Shown here: piece by piece, positions 1 through 8,997 of the stretch
Position numbering within the stretch: the first letter of the stretch is position 1
Layout: the number at the start of each line of letters is the position of its first letter
Assembly: GCA_947090235.1 (NCBI GenBank)
Contig: CAMUNJ010000002.1
Coordinates: 1-33,095, forward strand
Length of the DNA stretch: 33,095 bases
From: an uncultured Bacillota bacterium
GTDB taxonomy: Bacteria > Bacillota > Clostridia > Christensenellales > UBA1242
Direction of reading: 5' to 3'
Program-made: the position numbers and the translations under genes
Notes under the pieces: generated by a model
The model's database searches: none
The model's input: the letters and a program-made list of their open reading frames with translations, nothing else
Told to the model about the DNA's origin: nothing

Positions 1-20
1 AAACAAAAGAAAACTAAAAA

Positions 21-62
21 AGCCAAAATTTAACTAATTTTAGTTAAATTTTGGCTTTTTTA
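21..62. terminator. Bidirectional rho-independent terminator-like hairpin
   Basis: Perfect 16-bp inverted repeat agccaaaatttaacta / tagttaaattttggct (21-36 / 41-56) with a 4-nt loop, an A-run upstream and a T-run downstream. Confidence 0.7.
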
Positions 63-150
63 TTTATTTTTTTATAAAAAAGAATAATTTATAATCCTAA
101 AACCTTTTAATTGTCGTGATATTATGTTTTTGTTATTAAAAGGAGTATTT

Positions 151-360
151 ATGAATGTATATAAAAATATAGCGAAATTTTTTAAAAATAAAATGCAAAA
201 AGAAGGCTTGACAATCAAACAAGTTTCTCAACTTTCAGGTTTGTCTGTAAAAACAATATCTAATATTCTTAAAGCAAAAAAAGTTAATTATCGGGTAAGA
301 ACTCTGATTTTAATGTTAGATTTTCTTGAGGTTAAATGTAAAGATTTGATAGGAGTTTAA
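151..360 (+). CDS. XRE-family helix-turn-helix transcriptional regulator (small)
   Basis: ORF 124..360. HTH-like segment LTIKQVSQLSGLSVKTISNIL. AAAGGAG SD at 138-145 sits 5 nt before ATG 151, favouring it over ATG 124. Confidence 0.7.
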   Translation: MNVYKNIAKFFKNKMQKEGLTIKQVSQLSGLSVKTISNILKAKKVNYRVRTLILMLDFLEVKCKDLIGV

Positions 361-503
361 ATCTTTGTAAGTGTGTGTTTTAATATTTGCAGTACATTTG
401 TTTTAAAGGTTGATTAAATATAATTAAATTTATAATTACACTTAATAGATAGTCGCCAAGCGTAAGGCTTGCTCAATAGATAATCACAGCACATTTGGTG
501 CTT

Positions 504-815
504 TTATTTTTCTAGATAACTTACACAGTAAGGCTTTTCGCTTATCGCATTAACAGTTATACCATTTGAAACACACATTCCGTTTTTGTTGAATAAACAA
601 TTGGCTCGACAAACTATCTCTGCCGTCTTGCTGTCTCGCTGAGGTGCATAAACTGGTGGCTTTTCAAATAAATGCTTGGTGCTGTCAATCTCAGGCTTTT
701 TTGCTCCACGCTCATAACTGCCACAAACAATGCCTCTGTTTATACTTATCTTTCTAGCCTTGCAGGTGTATCTGTCGTTGTGTATACATTTTGTTTTTCT
801 GCATCTAATGTCCAT
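504..815 (-). CDS. DUF1540-like cysteine-rich small protein (two repeats)
   Basis: Two copies of the C-x2-C-x-H/F-N...C...C pattern (IRCRKTKCIHNDRYTCKA..VCGSY and IVCRANCLFNKNGMCVS..YCVSY). AAGGAG SD (complement of 824-829) lies 8 nt before the ATG at 815, so the longer track start at 863 is unlikely. Confidence 0.6.
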   Translation of the reverse strand: MDIRCRKTKCIHNDRYTCKARKISINRGIVCGSYERGAKKPEIDSTKHLFEKPPVYAPQRDSKTAEIVCRANCLFNKNGMCVSNGITVNAISEKPYCVSYLEK

Positions 816-899
816 TTTCTTTTCTCCTTGCTCAAAATTATAGCCAAAAGATTGACAAAACAATCAAATTAACTTAAAATAAAATCAAAGGAGTTGTTT

Positions 900-1343
900 A
901 TGAAGGTTGTTTTATTAAAAGATGTTAAAGGTACAGGCAAAAAGGGTGAAATAAAAGAAGTTAGTGATGGTTATGCAAAAAACTTTTTGCTTAAAACAGG
1001 AGCGGCTAAACTTGCAGATAATAGTGCTATGAGCGAAAATAAAAATAAACAATCATCTCAGGCTTTCCATAAAGCAACTGAGATTGCCGAGGCAAAAGAA
1101 CTTGCAAAAAAGTTACAAGACAAAACTGTGACACTTTCAATTAAATGTGGAGAAAATGGCAAAACTTTTGGGTCTGTATCAAACAAGGAAGTTTCTGAGG
1201 GGCTTGAAAAACAAGGTTTTAAAATAGATAAGAAAAAAATTGAGATTAAAGAGTCTATCAAGGCGATAGGATCATATCAAGTTGTTGTTCGCATTTATCC
1301 AGAAATAACCGCTAAAATCAATGTTAATATTGTTGCAGAATAG
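900..1343 (+). CDS. rplI: 50S ribosomal protein L9
   Basis: [30 protein letters not shown] is the canonical L9 N-terminus. AAAGGAG SD upstream of ATG 900. Confidence 0.93.
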   Translation: MKVVLLKDVKGTGKKGEIKEVSDGYAKNFLLKTGAAKLADNSAMSENKNKQSSQAFHKATEIAEAKELAKKLQDKTVTLSIKCGENGKTFGSVSNKEVSEGLEKQGFKIDKKKIEIKESIKAIGSYQVVVRIYPEITAKINVNIVAE

Positions 1344-1351
1344 AATTTGAG

Positions 1352-1390
1352 AAACATTTGTAATCTTAGAAAAGATAACAAATGTTTTTT
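1352..1390 (+). terminator. rplI terminator hairpin
   Basis: 10-bp stem aaacatttgt / acaaatgttt (1352-1361 / 1377-1386), 15-nt loop, followed by a T-run. Confidence 0.6.
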
Positions 1391-1412
1391 ATATTGATTT
1401 ATGAAAAAGTTC

Positions 1413-1441
1413 TTGATATTCTCTTTCAAATATAGTAAAAT
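1413..1441 (+). promoter_or_regulatory. Sigma-70-type promoter for the 453-aa gene
   Basis: TTGATA (1413-1418), 17-nt spacer, TAAAAT (1436-1441). It lies inside the longer track ORF, supporting the ATG 1461 start. Confidence 0.5.
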
Positions 1442-1460
1442 AAAACAAAGCGAGGTTTTT

Positions 1461-2822
1461 ATGCCAAAGAAGGAAAGTAATAATATTGCATTTGGAATTA
1501 ATACTCCTCAAACTACTTGCAGGGTATTTGATAGCAATGAAATTTTAACTTCACCAGAAGAAATTGATTATTATAAAACTTGTATTAAAGAATTTGAGGC
1601 TTACAATAGATTAGTTGGTGAAATCAATGATAATGGTGAGTATATTATTAGTGAAAAGATAAGACGCGATCTTGCACTTCTTCCTAAGGAATTGATACAA
1701 AACGGTTACAATCTTGTTGAAGCATTTTCTCATGTTTCAGGCAAGGATCTATATTTTTACATTGAGGTTGAAGAGGCCGAAGAAAGCCAAACAGCATATT
1801 TATACTTGGTTGAAAAGGTTGATGGTTATAGAGATGTGCAAACTTTAAAAACCTTTATTGCAAAAATTACTCAGCCTAAAAGTGACGATTTCCAAGATAA
1901 AGCAAGAAGAGTTTTTAATGTGCAAGAAAGTTTCTCGACTATAGAAGAAGGCCGATTTATCAACTTAGTTATGCAAATTCAAGGTCGAATAGACTATTGG
2001 GCTGAACTTGAAGACATTATGGATTTATCTAGTCAAATTTATGTGTTACGAATTTTAACCTTGCTTGAAAGTGAGGGGGAACTTGGCAAGAAAGTTATAG
2101 AGGAATACAATCGAAGAGTTAAAATTGAAGGTTTAGATGGCTCAAATAAGAAAAAGAAATATTTATCTTTAAGAAAAATCTTGGACGACAGCATTGAAAT
2201 GTATGGTGGAAAGGAAAAGGTTTTTGTTAAAACTAAGGAAGAAGTTAAAACTATTAAAGCCGAATTTAGCACGCCAATCAAGAAGGTTGAAGAGATAAGA
2301 ACTAAGCAAATGAATAGGCCTATAGTCAAAAGGGTAGATAAAAAAGCTCCAGTCAAATCTGAAGCAAAAACATCTAAAGCTGGCGATAAATCTGCAGGCA
2401 AGGCTAAAGCGGACAAAAAGGCTGGCGGCGACAAGAAGGACAAAAAGAAAGATAAGAAAAAGGACAAAGAAGAGAAAAAAGATGCCGGCAAGAAAAAATC
2501 GTCAGGTGGAAGCAGTAAGGCTCCAAAACTTGAGGACGCCAAACCTTTCAGCAAATTTGAAGGTGAAACTCCAAAACCTGCAGTAGATCCTGCTTTACCT
2601 AAACTAGATGTTTTTAAGCCATTAACGGAGCAGCCTGATGAGGAAGATAACAATGATGACGACATGTACAATTTTCTTAAAAGAATAGTAAATAAGGGCT
2701 CGGGCGAAAGCAACAAAGGTAAAAATCCTGTTGTAATCACTAAAACTGTATACGAACGCCAAGTTTCAGCAGAGTCACCATCAAGAATAAATGGAACTGG
2801 TGAACAAGAGATAAGAATATAA
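1461..2822 (+). CDS. Hypothetical protein with a lysine-rich (histone-H1-like) low-complexity central region
   Basis: Long ORF. GAGG SD 5 nt before ATG 1461. An N-terminal ~300-aa domain I do not recognise is followed by KSAGKAKADKKAGGDKKDKKKDKKKDKEEKKDAGKKK. Confidence 0.6.
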   Translation: MPKKESNNIAFGINTPQTTCRVFDSNEILTSPEEIDYYKTCIKEFEAYNRLVGEINDNGEYIISEKIRRDLALLPKELIQNGYNLVEAFSHVSGKDLYFYIEVEEAEESQTAYLYLVEKVDGYRDVQTLKTFIAKITQPKSDDFQDKARRVFNVQESFSTIEEGRFINLVMQIQGRIDYWAELEDIMDLSSQIYVLRILTLLESEGELGKKVIEEYNRRVKIEGLDGSNKKKKYLSLRKILDDSIEMYGGKEKVFVKTKEEVKTIKAEFSTPIKKVEEIRTKQMNRPIVKRVDKKAPVKSEAKTSKAGDKSAGKAKADKKAGGDKKDKKKDKKKDKEEKKDAGKKKSSGGSSKAPKLEDAKPFSKFEGETPKPAVDPALPKLDVFKPLTEQPDEEDNNDDDMYNFLKRIVNKGSGESNKGKNPVVITKTVYERQVSAESPSRINGTGEQEIRI

Positions 2823-2851
2823 AAAAATCGCTAATTAATTAGCGATTTTTT
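2821..2851. terminator. Bidirectional terminator between convergent genes
   Basis: Palindrome aaatcgctaattaattagcgattt flanked by an A-run and a T-run, between stop 2822 (+) and stop 2850 (-). Confidence 0.75.
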
Positions 2852-3425
2852 ATTCTCCTTCTTGATTAGTTTGATTTTTTCGTTCCAGATATTTTTGATA
2901 TTGGACATTGATTTCCGCTCTCCAGTCGGTAGCAAGTGAATAATACTCATCCTGTGTCTTATATATATCTGGGCTTATATTGCCATTTTCATCAACCTTA
3001 CTTAGTAATGTTTCAAGATATTGATTAACATCCATATAAACAGGATATTCTTCATTATCGGCATATACATCAATAGCATCAGCATATTCGTCCCAAGCAG
3101 TATGGAAAGCACCTAACATACCTGCAACTTTCGCACCAAGTCTAGGCTCTTTTTCGATAGCAGGCCAAACTTTGATAAGTTTTTTGAGGTTTTTTGCAAG
3201 AGCAACTGTGTTAGCACCTTTATTATAAGCAAATTTATCTCTTGATAAAAGATCTCTAATATCTGGGTCAAAGTCTTCGCTGTCAATATTGCCATGGTTT
3301 TTAGAAATCTCATACATCGCACGAAGAGCTTGAATATTATTTGCTTTATATCTTCTTGATGCAGGGTTGATATCTGTGTGAGTGCTTACTAATTTTTCAT
3401 TATAAGGTTTGTTAAAAATTACCAT
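2850..3425 (-). CDS. Hypothetical protein (191 aa)
   Basis: ORF 2850..3458. AGAGGTG SD precedes the internal ATG at 3425 (MVIFNKPY..). The track ATG at 3458 overlaps the -10 box, so it is unlikely to be the start. No family recognised. Confidence 0.55.
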   Translation of the reverse strand: MVIFNKPYNEKLVSTHTDINPASRRYKANNIQALRAMYEISKNHGNIDSEDFDPDIRDLLSRDKFAYNKGANTVALAKNLKKLIKVWPAIEKEPRLGAKVAGMLGAFHTAWDEYADAIDVYADNEEYPVYMDVNQYLETLLSKVDENGNISPDIYKTQDEYYSLATDWRAEINVQYQKYLERKNQTNQEGE

Positions 3426-3456
3426 ATTTACACCTCTAGTTTGATTTTTCATCCAC

Positions 3457-3465
3457 ATTATAGCA
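3457..3465 (-). promoter_or_regulatory. Extended -10 element (TGcTATAAT) for the 191-aa gene
   Basis: Reverse complement of 3457-3465 reads TGCTATAAT, about 30 nt upstream of ATG 3425. Confidence 0.45.
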
Positions 3466-3539
3466 TAGTTTTTTGCATTTGTAAATACCCTTTTTGAAAA
3501 TTTTCGAATATTTTTGCCCTTTTATCGCAAATTATTTCT

Positions 3540-5075
3540 ATGTTTAAAGGTTTTGGGCGTGGTGCTATCGCTTTAATTATAAGCGGTTTTGTCTGCAAAT
3601 TCTTTGGTGCGTTGTTTAGATTGCCATTAACTTCAATTCTCGGTATTCAGGGAATTGGCGTTTTTCAAATGGTTATGTCTTTATATTCCTTGGCTTTAGT
3701 TTTTGTGACTGGTGGAGTGACAAACAGCCTTTCTCAACTAGTTTCTTCGGCACGGGCAAGAGGAGAAGGCAACAAAATTGGTGATTATTTTAGGCTTTCA
3801 ATTATTTTGACAACTTCAATTGCTCTTTTGATTGGATTGATATTTTTTATTTTGGCAGATAATATTTCGCATGTTCAGGGGGTAAGTGAAGGGGCTTTAT
3901 CTTACAAACTTTTTCTTGTTTTAATTCCTATTGGTGCTTTTATTGGTGTATTGCGAGGTATAATTCAAGGGTATGAAAATATGGTTCCAACAGCAGTTAG
4001 TCAAATTATAGAGCAGGTTTTTAAACTTGTTTTAGGTTTGGCTCTTGCCTATATATTTGCTAAACGCAGTGTGGCAAGCGGTGTTTTTGGTGGATTTTTA
4101 GGCATAACTTTAAGTGAACTTTTGGCATTTATATATCTCGGCATTGTGACGCTTAAAAGAATTAAGTTTGACACTCCTGTTCAAAAGGGGAATTTTCCTG
4201 TTTTGATAGGAGCAATTGTACCTCTATCTTTGAGTGGAGCAGTTATACCTTTTACTCATGCATTTGATAGTTTGGTTATTGTTTCTAGGCTTATGAAAGC
4301 AGGTTTTTCTAAAGAACTTTCAACCTCTCTATTTGGTCTTCAAACAGGAGTTGTGGGAGCAATTTTAAATTTTCCTTTGATTATTTCTCTTGCCCTTGCA
4401 ATGACGCTTCTTCCAAAAATTTCTTACCTTTCTTCTAAGAGAGATTATGAAGGACAGAAAGAGATAATTAAAAATTCTTTTATTGCTATGTGGGCTGTTG
4501 TGCTGCCATTGACATTTGGAATTGTTGCAATAAGCAGGGATTTATATCTAACTATTTATCCAACAACAATTGGTACATTACTTCCACAGGCAATGGAACT
4601 TACTATGCTTGGTGGCGTCAGCATAATTTTAACGGCCATCATGCAATTTTTGCTTTCAATTTTGCATGCGAGAGGATTTTTTATTTATTCCTTTATAGCT
4701 TCGGCTATTGGGGGGCTTGCTAAAATTATTTTAGTTTATACTTTGGCGGGTACAAGTCCTATCAATATTTTTGCTATTCCAATATCTAATATTGTGCTTG
4801 CGATAATAGTCTGTATAATGGTTTTGATCAAATTGGGAGGGCTTGTTAAAATTCCAGCTTTTTATATTTTGACACCTCTTCTTGCGTCAATAATTATGTT
4901 TTTATTAGTTAAACTTTTTGCAACTGTAAGTTTATCGCATTTATGGATTATGATTTTGGGTGTCTTGATTGGCGGAGTTAGTTATTTTATTTTTGCTTTT
5001 CCTGTGCTTCGAGGTTTGTTTTTAAGATTTTTCGGCAAAAACAAAAGTGAGGAGCAGGAAGGTGAAAAAAAGTGA
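3540..5075 (+). CDS. MOP-superfamily polysaccharide/lipid II flippase (MurJ / SpoVB / Wzx-like), polytopic membrane protein
   Basis: 511 aa and very hydrophobic throughout with many predicted TM segments. The N-terminus (GAIALIISGFVCKFFGALFRLPLTSILGIQGIGVFQ) is typical of this family. Confidence 0.7.
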   Translation: MFKGFGRGAIALIISGFVCKFFGALFRLPLTSILGIQGIGVFQMVMSLYSLALVFVTGGVTNSLSQLVSSARARGEGNKIGDYFRLSIILTTSIALLIGLIFFILADNISHVQGVSEGALSYKLFLVLIPIGAFIGVLRGIIQGYENMVPTAVSQIIEQVFKLVLGLALAYIFAKRSVASGVFGGFLGITLSELLAFIYLGIVTLKRIKFDTPVQKGNFPVLIGAIVPLSLSGAVIPFTHAFDSLVIVSRLMKAGFSKELSTSLFGLQTGVVGAILNFPLIISLALAMTLLPKISYLSSKRDYEGQKEIIKNSFIAMWAVVLPLTFGIVAISRDLYLTIYPTTIGTLLPQAMELTMLGGVSIILTAIMQFLLSILHARGFFIYSFIASAIGGLAKIILVYTLAGTSPINIFAIPISNIVLAIIVCIMVLIKLGGLVKIPAFYILTPLLASIIMFLLVKLFATVSLSHLWIMILGVLIGGVSYFIFAFPVLRGLFLRFFGKNKSEEQEGEKK

Positions 5076-5076
5076 G

Positions 5077-5334
5077 ATGTTTGAGATAATTTCCAAGAAA
5101 AGCGGAATAGATAAAAAAGATGTAGACAAAGTTTTTTATGAATTTAATAATTTACTTGCAGATGCTTTACGCAAAGGTGAAATTGTTCAAATAAATGGTT
5201 TTGGTAAATTTTATGTAAAAGATATGCCAAGTGTTAGGCGAGTTAATCCTATCACTCGGCGTTTTTATATGACAAAAGCACAAAAAGTGACTAAATTTAG
5301 GGCATATAAAAAATTAAAACATTGTGTTAATTAG
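5077..5334 (+). CDS. HU/IHF-family DNA-binding protein
   Basis: MFEIISKKSGIDKKDVDKVF..LLADALRKGEIVQINGFGKFYVKD..RRVNPITRR matches the HU fold pattern (GFG-x-F, R-x-x-R-N-P arm). Start taken at the ATG just after the flippase stop. Confidence 0.8.
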   Translation: MFEIISKKSGIDKKDVDKVFYEFNNLLADALRKGEIVQINGFGKFYVKDMPSVRRVNPITRRFYMTKAQKVTKFRAYKKLKHCVN

Positions 5335-5369
5335 TTTGTTTTTATTTGGAAATTTGCTAAAATAGTTGT

Positions 5370-6290
5370 GTGTTAAAAAATCAATTGAATTTACAGGATT
5401 TTATTGTTCTTGCTCCTATGGCAGGCGTGAGTGATGTTGGATTCCGTGCTATTTCTTCGCAATTTGGAGCGGATGCAACTTGGAGCGAAATGCTTTCTTG
5501 CAGAGCAATGATGCATAATCCTAAAAAAACAGAATATATGACAATTTGTGCTAAGCAAGAAAAGATAAAGGTGGCACAAATTTTTGGGCATGAGCCAGAA
5601 ATAATGGCGTCTTCACTTTCGCTTGGACTACTAAAAGATTATGATATTTTTGATATAAATATGGGTTGTCCTGCTCCTAAAATTGTAAAAAATGGAGAGG
5701 GAAGTGCTTTGATGAAAAATCTTCCTCTCGCAAGCAAGATTATTTCTGCTTGTGCAAAGGCGACAGATAAACCTTTAGGAGTTAAATTTAGACTCGGTTT
5801 TGATAAAGATATTTCTGTGGAGTTTGGCAAAATGTGTGAAGAAAGTGGGGCAGATTTTATAACCCTCCACGCTAGAACAACAGCCATGGGATATAGTGGC
5901 AGAGCAGATTATGAGGCTATCGCAAAATTGAAGGCAAGCGTAAACATTCCAGTTATTGGCAATGGTGATGTTGTTGACAAGGCAAGTTTTGATAATATGA
6001 AAGCGACAGGTGTAGACGCTGTTATGATCGGTCGAGGAGCATGTGGACGACCTTGGATTTTTGACGAACTTAAAAACAAACCTCTTCCAGAAGATAGGTT
6101 TGAGGTTGTTAGGCGTCATGTTGAGATTTTGCGTGAGCATTATGAAGAAAAATGGTTAACGATGTATTTACGCAAACATTTTTTATGGTATGTGTATGGA
6201 ATTGAGGGGGCAGCCGAAAAAAGGCTTCAACTTGCTACAAGCGAAAGCATAGACAAAAGTTTAGAGATTTTGAAAGAAATATTAATATAA
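5370..6290 (+). CDS. dusB: tRNA-dihydrouridine synthase
   Basis: LAPMAGVSDVGFR, DINMGCPAPKIV, HARTTAMGYSGRADY and MIGRGACGRPWIF are Dus-family motifs. GTG start is tentative. Confidence 0.85.
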   Translation: MLKNQLNLQDFIVLAPMAGVSDVGFRAISSQFGADATWSEMLSCRAMMHNPKKTEYMTICAKQEKIKVAQIFGHEPEIMASSLSLGLLKDYDIFDINMGCPAPKIVKNGEGSALMKNLPLASKIISACAKATDKPLGVKFRLGFDKDISVEFGKMCEESGADFITLHARTTAMGYSGRADYEAIAKLKASVNIPVIGNGDVVDKASFDNMKATGVDAVMIGRGACGRPWIFDELKNKPLPEDRFEVVRRHVEILREHYEEKWLTMYLRKHFLWYVYGIEGAAEKRLQLATSESIDKSLEILKEILI

Positions 6291-6375
6291 AATAAATTTA
6301 AACAATATCATTATCTATAAAAATATTTTGAGAAAATCTTATTTTGTAGTAAACTTAATATAAATTGGAGGAGTT

Positions 6376-7557
6376 ATGAAAAGAACAATAAAAGATTTGG
6401 TTGGACTTAAAGGCAAGGTTGTATTAGTTAGAGTTGACTTTAATGTGCCAGTAGATGACAATGGTAGAATTTTGGATTATACAAGAGTTATCGAGGCAAA
6501 GCCTACCATCAAATATCTTTCAGAACAAGGTGCAAAAGTTGTGCTGGTATCACACCTTGGAAGACCCGATGGTTTTGATATTAGAAAATCGCTTTGGCCT
6601 ATCGCTTTATTTCTTATGAAATCTTTTCCAAACAAGGTTTATTTTTCAAATCATGTTATAGGGCCTGAAGCCGAAGGCAGAGTAAAGGCAATGAATGATG
6701 GGGATATCCTTCTTCTTGAAAATGTGAGATTTTATGAGGAAGAAGAAAAGTGCGACATGAGTTTTGCTAGAAAAATTGCAAAACTTGGAGACATTTTTGT
6801 TAATGATGCTTTTGGAGTTTCACATAGAAAACACGCGTCAATTTATGCCCTTGCTAGATTGTTGCCAAATGCTATTGGGCTTTTGATGGAAAAAGAGATT
6901 ACGCATCTAACAGATTGCCTAGAAAATCCAAAACGCCCTTTTGTTGCAATTATTGGAGGGGCAAAGGTTAAAGATAAAATTAAAATGCTTAAAAAACTTC
7001 TTGATGTTGCAGATACAGTTTTGCTTGGTGGAGCAATGGCTTATACATTCTTAGTTGCAAGTGGAACTGCTGTTGCTTCAAGTTTGACAAGCGTTGAATC
7101 AATTATGACTGCAAAAGAAGTTTTGGATTATGCTAAGTCTAAAAATAAAAAACTTCTACTTCCAGTTGACCATGTAGCAGTTCGTTTAAGCGACAAAAAG
7201 GAAAAGAAAGAAGTTGTAGATTTTATGGTTGAAGATATGGTAGGTTATGATATTGGCCCTAAAACTATAAAACTTTATAGCGATGAAATTGCTTCTGCAG
7301 GACAAATTTTATGGAATGGCCCTTTAGGTAAGTATGAAGACGAGAGATTCAAAGAGGGGACATTTAAAATAGCAAAAGCAATTGCAGATAGTAATGCTTT
7401 TTCTATAGTTGGTGGCGGAGATAGTATAAGTGCAGTAAAAAAGAGTGGGCTTGCAGGCAAAATTAACTTTTTGTCAACAGGGGGAGGAGCAACACTCAAG
7501 TTTATTGAAGAAGGCAGTTTGAGTTGCGTTGAAGTTATACAAGAAAAGATAAGATAA
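6376..7557 (+). CDS. pgk: Phosphoglycerate kinase
   Basis: VLVRVDFNVP, SHLGRP, FVAIIGGAKVKDKI and STGGGA motifs. GGAGGA SD. Confidence 0.95.
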   Translation: MKRTIKDLVGLKGKVVLVRVDFNVPVDDNGRILDYTRVIEAKPTIKYLSEQGAKVVLVSHLGRPDGFDIRKSLWPIALFLMKSFPNKVYFSNHVIGPEAEGRVKAMNDGDILLLENVRFYEEEEKCDMSFARKIAKLGDIFVNDAFGVSHRKHASIYALARLLPNAIGLLMEKEITHLTDCLENPKRPFVAIIGGAKVKDKIKMLKKLLDVADTVLLGGAMAYTFLVASGTAVASSLTSVESIMTAKEVLDYAKSKNKKLLLPVDHVAVRLSDKKEKKEVVDFMVEDMVGYDIGPKTIKLYSDEIASAGQILWNGPLGKYEDERFKEGTFKIAKAIADSNAFSIVGGGDSISAVKKSGLAGKINFLSTGGGATLKFIEEGSLSCVEVIQEKIR

Positions 7558-7618
7558 CAATTAATTATTTATATAAAATTTTTGTTAAATTAGAGAGAAT
7601 AAAATATATTTAAGTTTT

Positions 7619-7690
7619 TTAACGCTTTGCAGAATTTGCAAGTAAACAAAAACGAAGAAATCTAGTATGTGCAAATTTAAAAAGCGTTAA
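7619..7690 (+). other. Long imperfect stem-loop in the pgk-tpiA intergenic region
   Basis: ttaacgcttt (7619-7628) pairs with aaagcgttaa (7681-7690). aatttgca (7633-7640) pairs with tgcaaatt (7670-7677). ~29-nt apical loop. No clean T-run follows. Confidence 0.45.
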
Positions 7691-7746
7691 AGATTAAATT
7701 TCTTTTGTTTCTTTTCTTTACAAGAAAAGAAAAACTAGGAGACGAT

Positions 7747-8490
7747 ATGAAACAAATTATAGCAAATTTCAAAATGAACTATACTGTTGAGGAAACAAAA
7801 CAATATATGATAGAATTTCTTAGCAAAGTTGATAAAGAAAAGGCGGAAATAACTTTATGCTTGCCTTACACATCCTTGGCTGTTGGGAATTATTTTTTGA
7901 AAGATAGCAGCATAAAATTGGGTGCACAAAACCTTTCTGATGAAGAAGAAGGTAAATTCACTGGTGAAATCAATGGCAAAATGCTTGTGTCGACAGGAGT
8001 TCAATCGGTTATTGTTGGGCATAGTGAAAGACGCACAAAATTTAAAGAAAATAGCAAAATTATCAATAAAAAGATTAAAATTGCTTTAAAAAACCGCTTA
8101 AATGTTATTCTTTGCGTTGGTGAGAGTTTGACAGAAAAGAATACTTTAAAAACTTTAGAAACTATAAAAAACCAGCTTGAAGAGGCTTTGAAAGGGCTTT
8201 ATGAAAATGAACTTGAAAGAGTAACGATTGCTTATGAGCCTATTTGGGCGATTGGAAGTGGTAAAAGTGCTACAATTAAGGAAATAGAATATGCAGTTAA
8301 AGCAATCCGTAAAGTTTTGAGTGATGATTTTTCCCCAAAAGCAGGCAAAGAAACGCAAGTTTTGTATGGCGGAAGTATAACCAATAAAAATGTACAAAGC
8401 ATAATGCGTGCAAAGGAAATAAATGGAATATTAGTTGGTGGTGCATGTTTAGATGCAAATGGTTTTGCAAATCTTATCAACATGTGCTAA
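7747..8490 (+). CDS. tpiA: Triose-phosphate isomerase
   Basis: IIANFKMN, VIVGHSERR, AYEPIWAIGSGKSAT and YGGS motifs. AGGAG SD before ATG 7747; the track start at 7705 is an upstream extension. Confidence 0.93.
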   Translation: MKQIIANFKMNYTVEETKQYMIEFLSKVDKEKAEITLCLPYTSLAVGNYFLKDSSIKLGAQNLSDEEEGKFTGEINGKMLVSTGVQSVIVGHSERRTKFKENSKIINKKIKIALKNRLNVILCVGESLTEKNTLKTLETIKNQLEEALKGLYENELERVTIAYEPIWAIGSGKSATIKEIEYAVKAIRKVLSDDFSPKAGKETQVLYGGSITNKNVQSIMRAKEINGILVGGACLDANGFANLINMC

Positions 8491-8501
8491 AAGGATTTAC
8501 A

Positions 8502-8939
8502 ATGGTAATAAGAGATACAATTTTAGAAGATTTGAAAGATTTGCCTTGGCTTTATAGACAATATCATAATGGCGACACCCACATTGAAACAGATGTTGAA
8601 GGAATGACAAAAGAATTTAAAAAATTACAGAATAATGAAGATTATAAATTTGTTTCAGCGGTTGAAGGGGACAAATTGATTGGTTTTTGTTCGGTAGTTT
8701 TAAATCACGATATTGTTGAAAAACAAAAACTTATCATAATGCTTTGGAATTTGCGTGTTGCGCCTGAATATAGAGGGCAACATGTTGGGAAAAAGATTAT
8801 GGAATATATTGAAGATTTTGGTAGATCAAAAGGCGTAGATTTTATCTTCCTTGGCTGTGACAGTGATAATCAATCGGCAAGAAAGTTTTATCACAAAATC
8901 GGCTATAAAGAAGATTATGGGTTTTATAAATATCTTTAA
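8502..8939 (+). CDS. GNAT-family N-acetyltransferase
   Basis: LRVAPEYRGQHVGKKIMEYIEDFGRSKG (acetyl-CoA-binding motif A, R/Q-x-x-G-x-G/A) and ARKFYHKIGY. Start at ATG 8502 just after the tpiA stop. Confidence 0.8.
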   Translation: MVIRDTILEDLKDLPWLYRQYHNGDTHIETDVEGMTKEFKKLQNNEDYKFVSAVEGDKLIGFCSVVLNHDIVEKQKLIIMLWNLRVAPEYRGQHVGKKIMEYIEDFGRSKGVDFIFLGCDSDNQSARKFYHKIGYKEDYGFYKYL

Positions 8940-8997
8940 TTTCTAAAAAGACTTGTCATAAAACAAAAGTTATGTTATTATTTAAACAGGAGAAAAA

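Noticed and set aside
2039-2740. 233-aa ORF antisense to the lysine-rich region of the 453-aa gene
   Set aside because: L/S/F-rich translation is the expected mirror of AAR/GAR-rich sense codons. It has no SD and lies entirely within a better-supported gene.
124-8501. Longer N-terminal extensions proposed by the ORF track (starts 124, 863, 894, 1401, 3458, 5047, 7705, 8445)
   Set aside because: In each case an internal ATG is preceded by a good SD, or the extension overlaps a promoter, a terminator or the upstream gene. The family N-termini (L9, TpiA, HU, GNAT) also match the shorter form.
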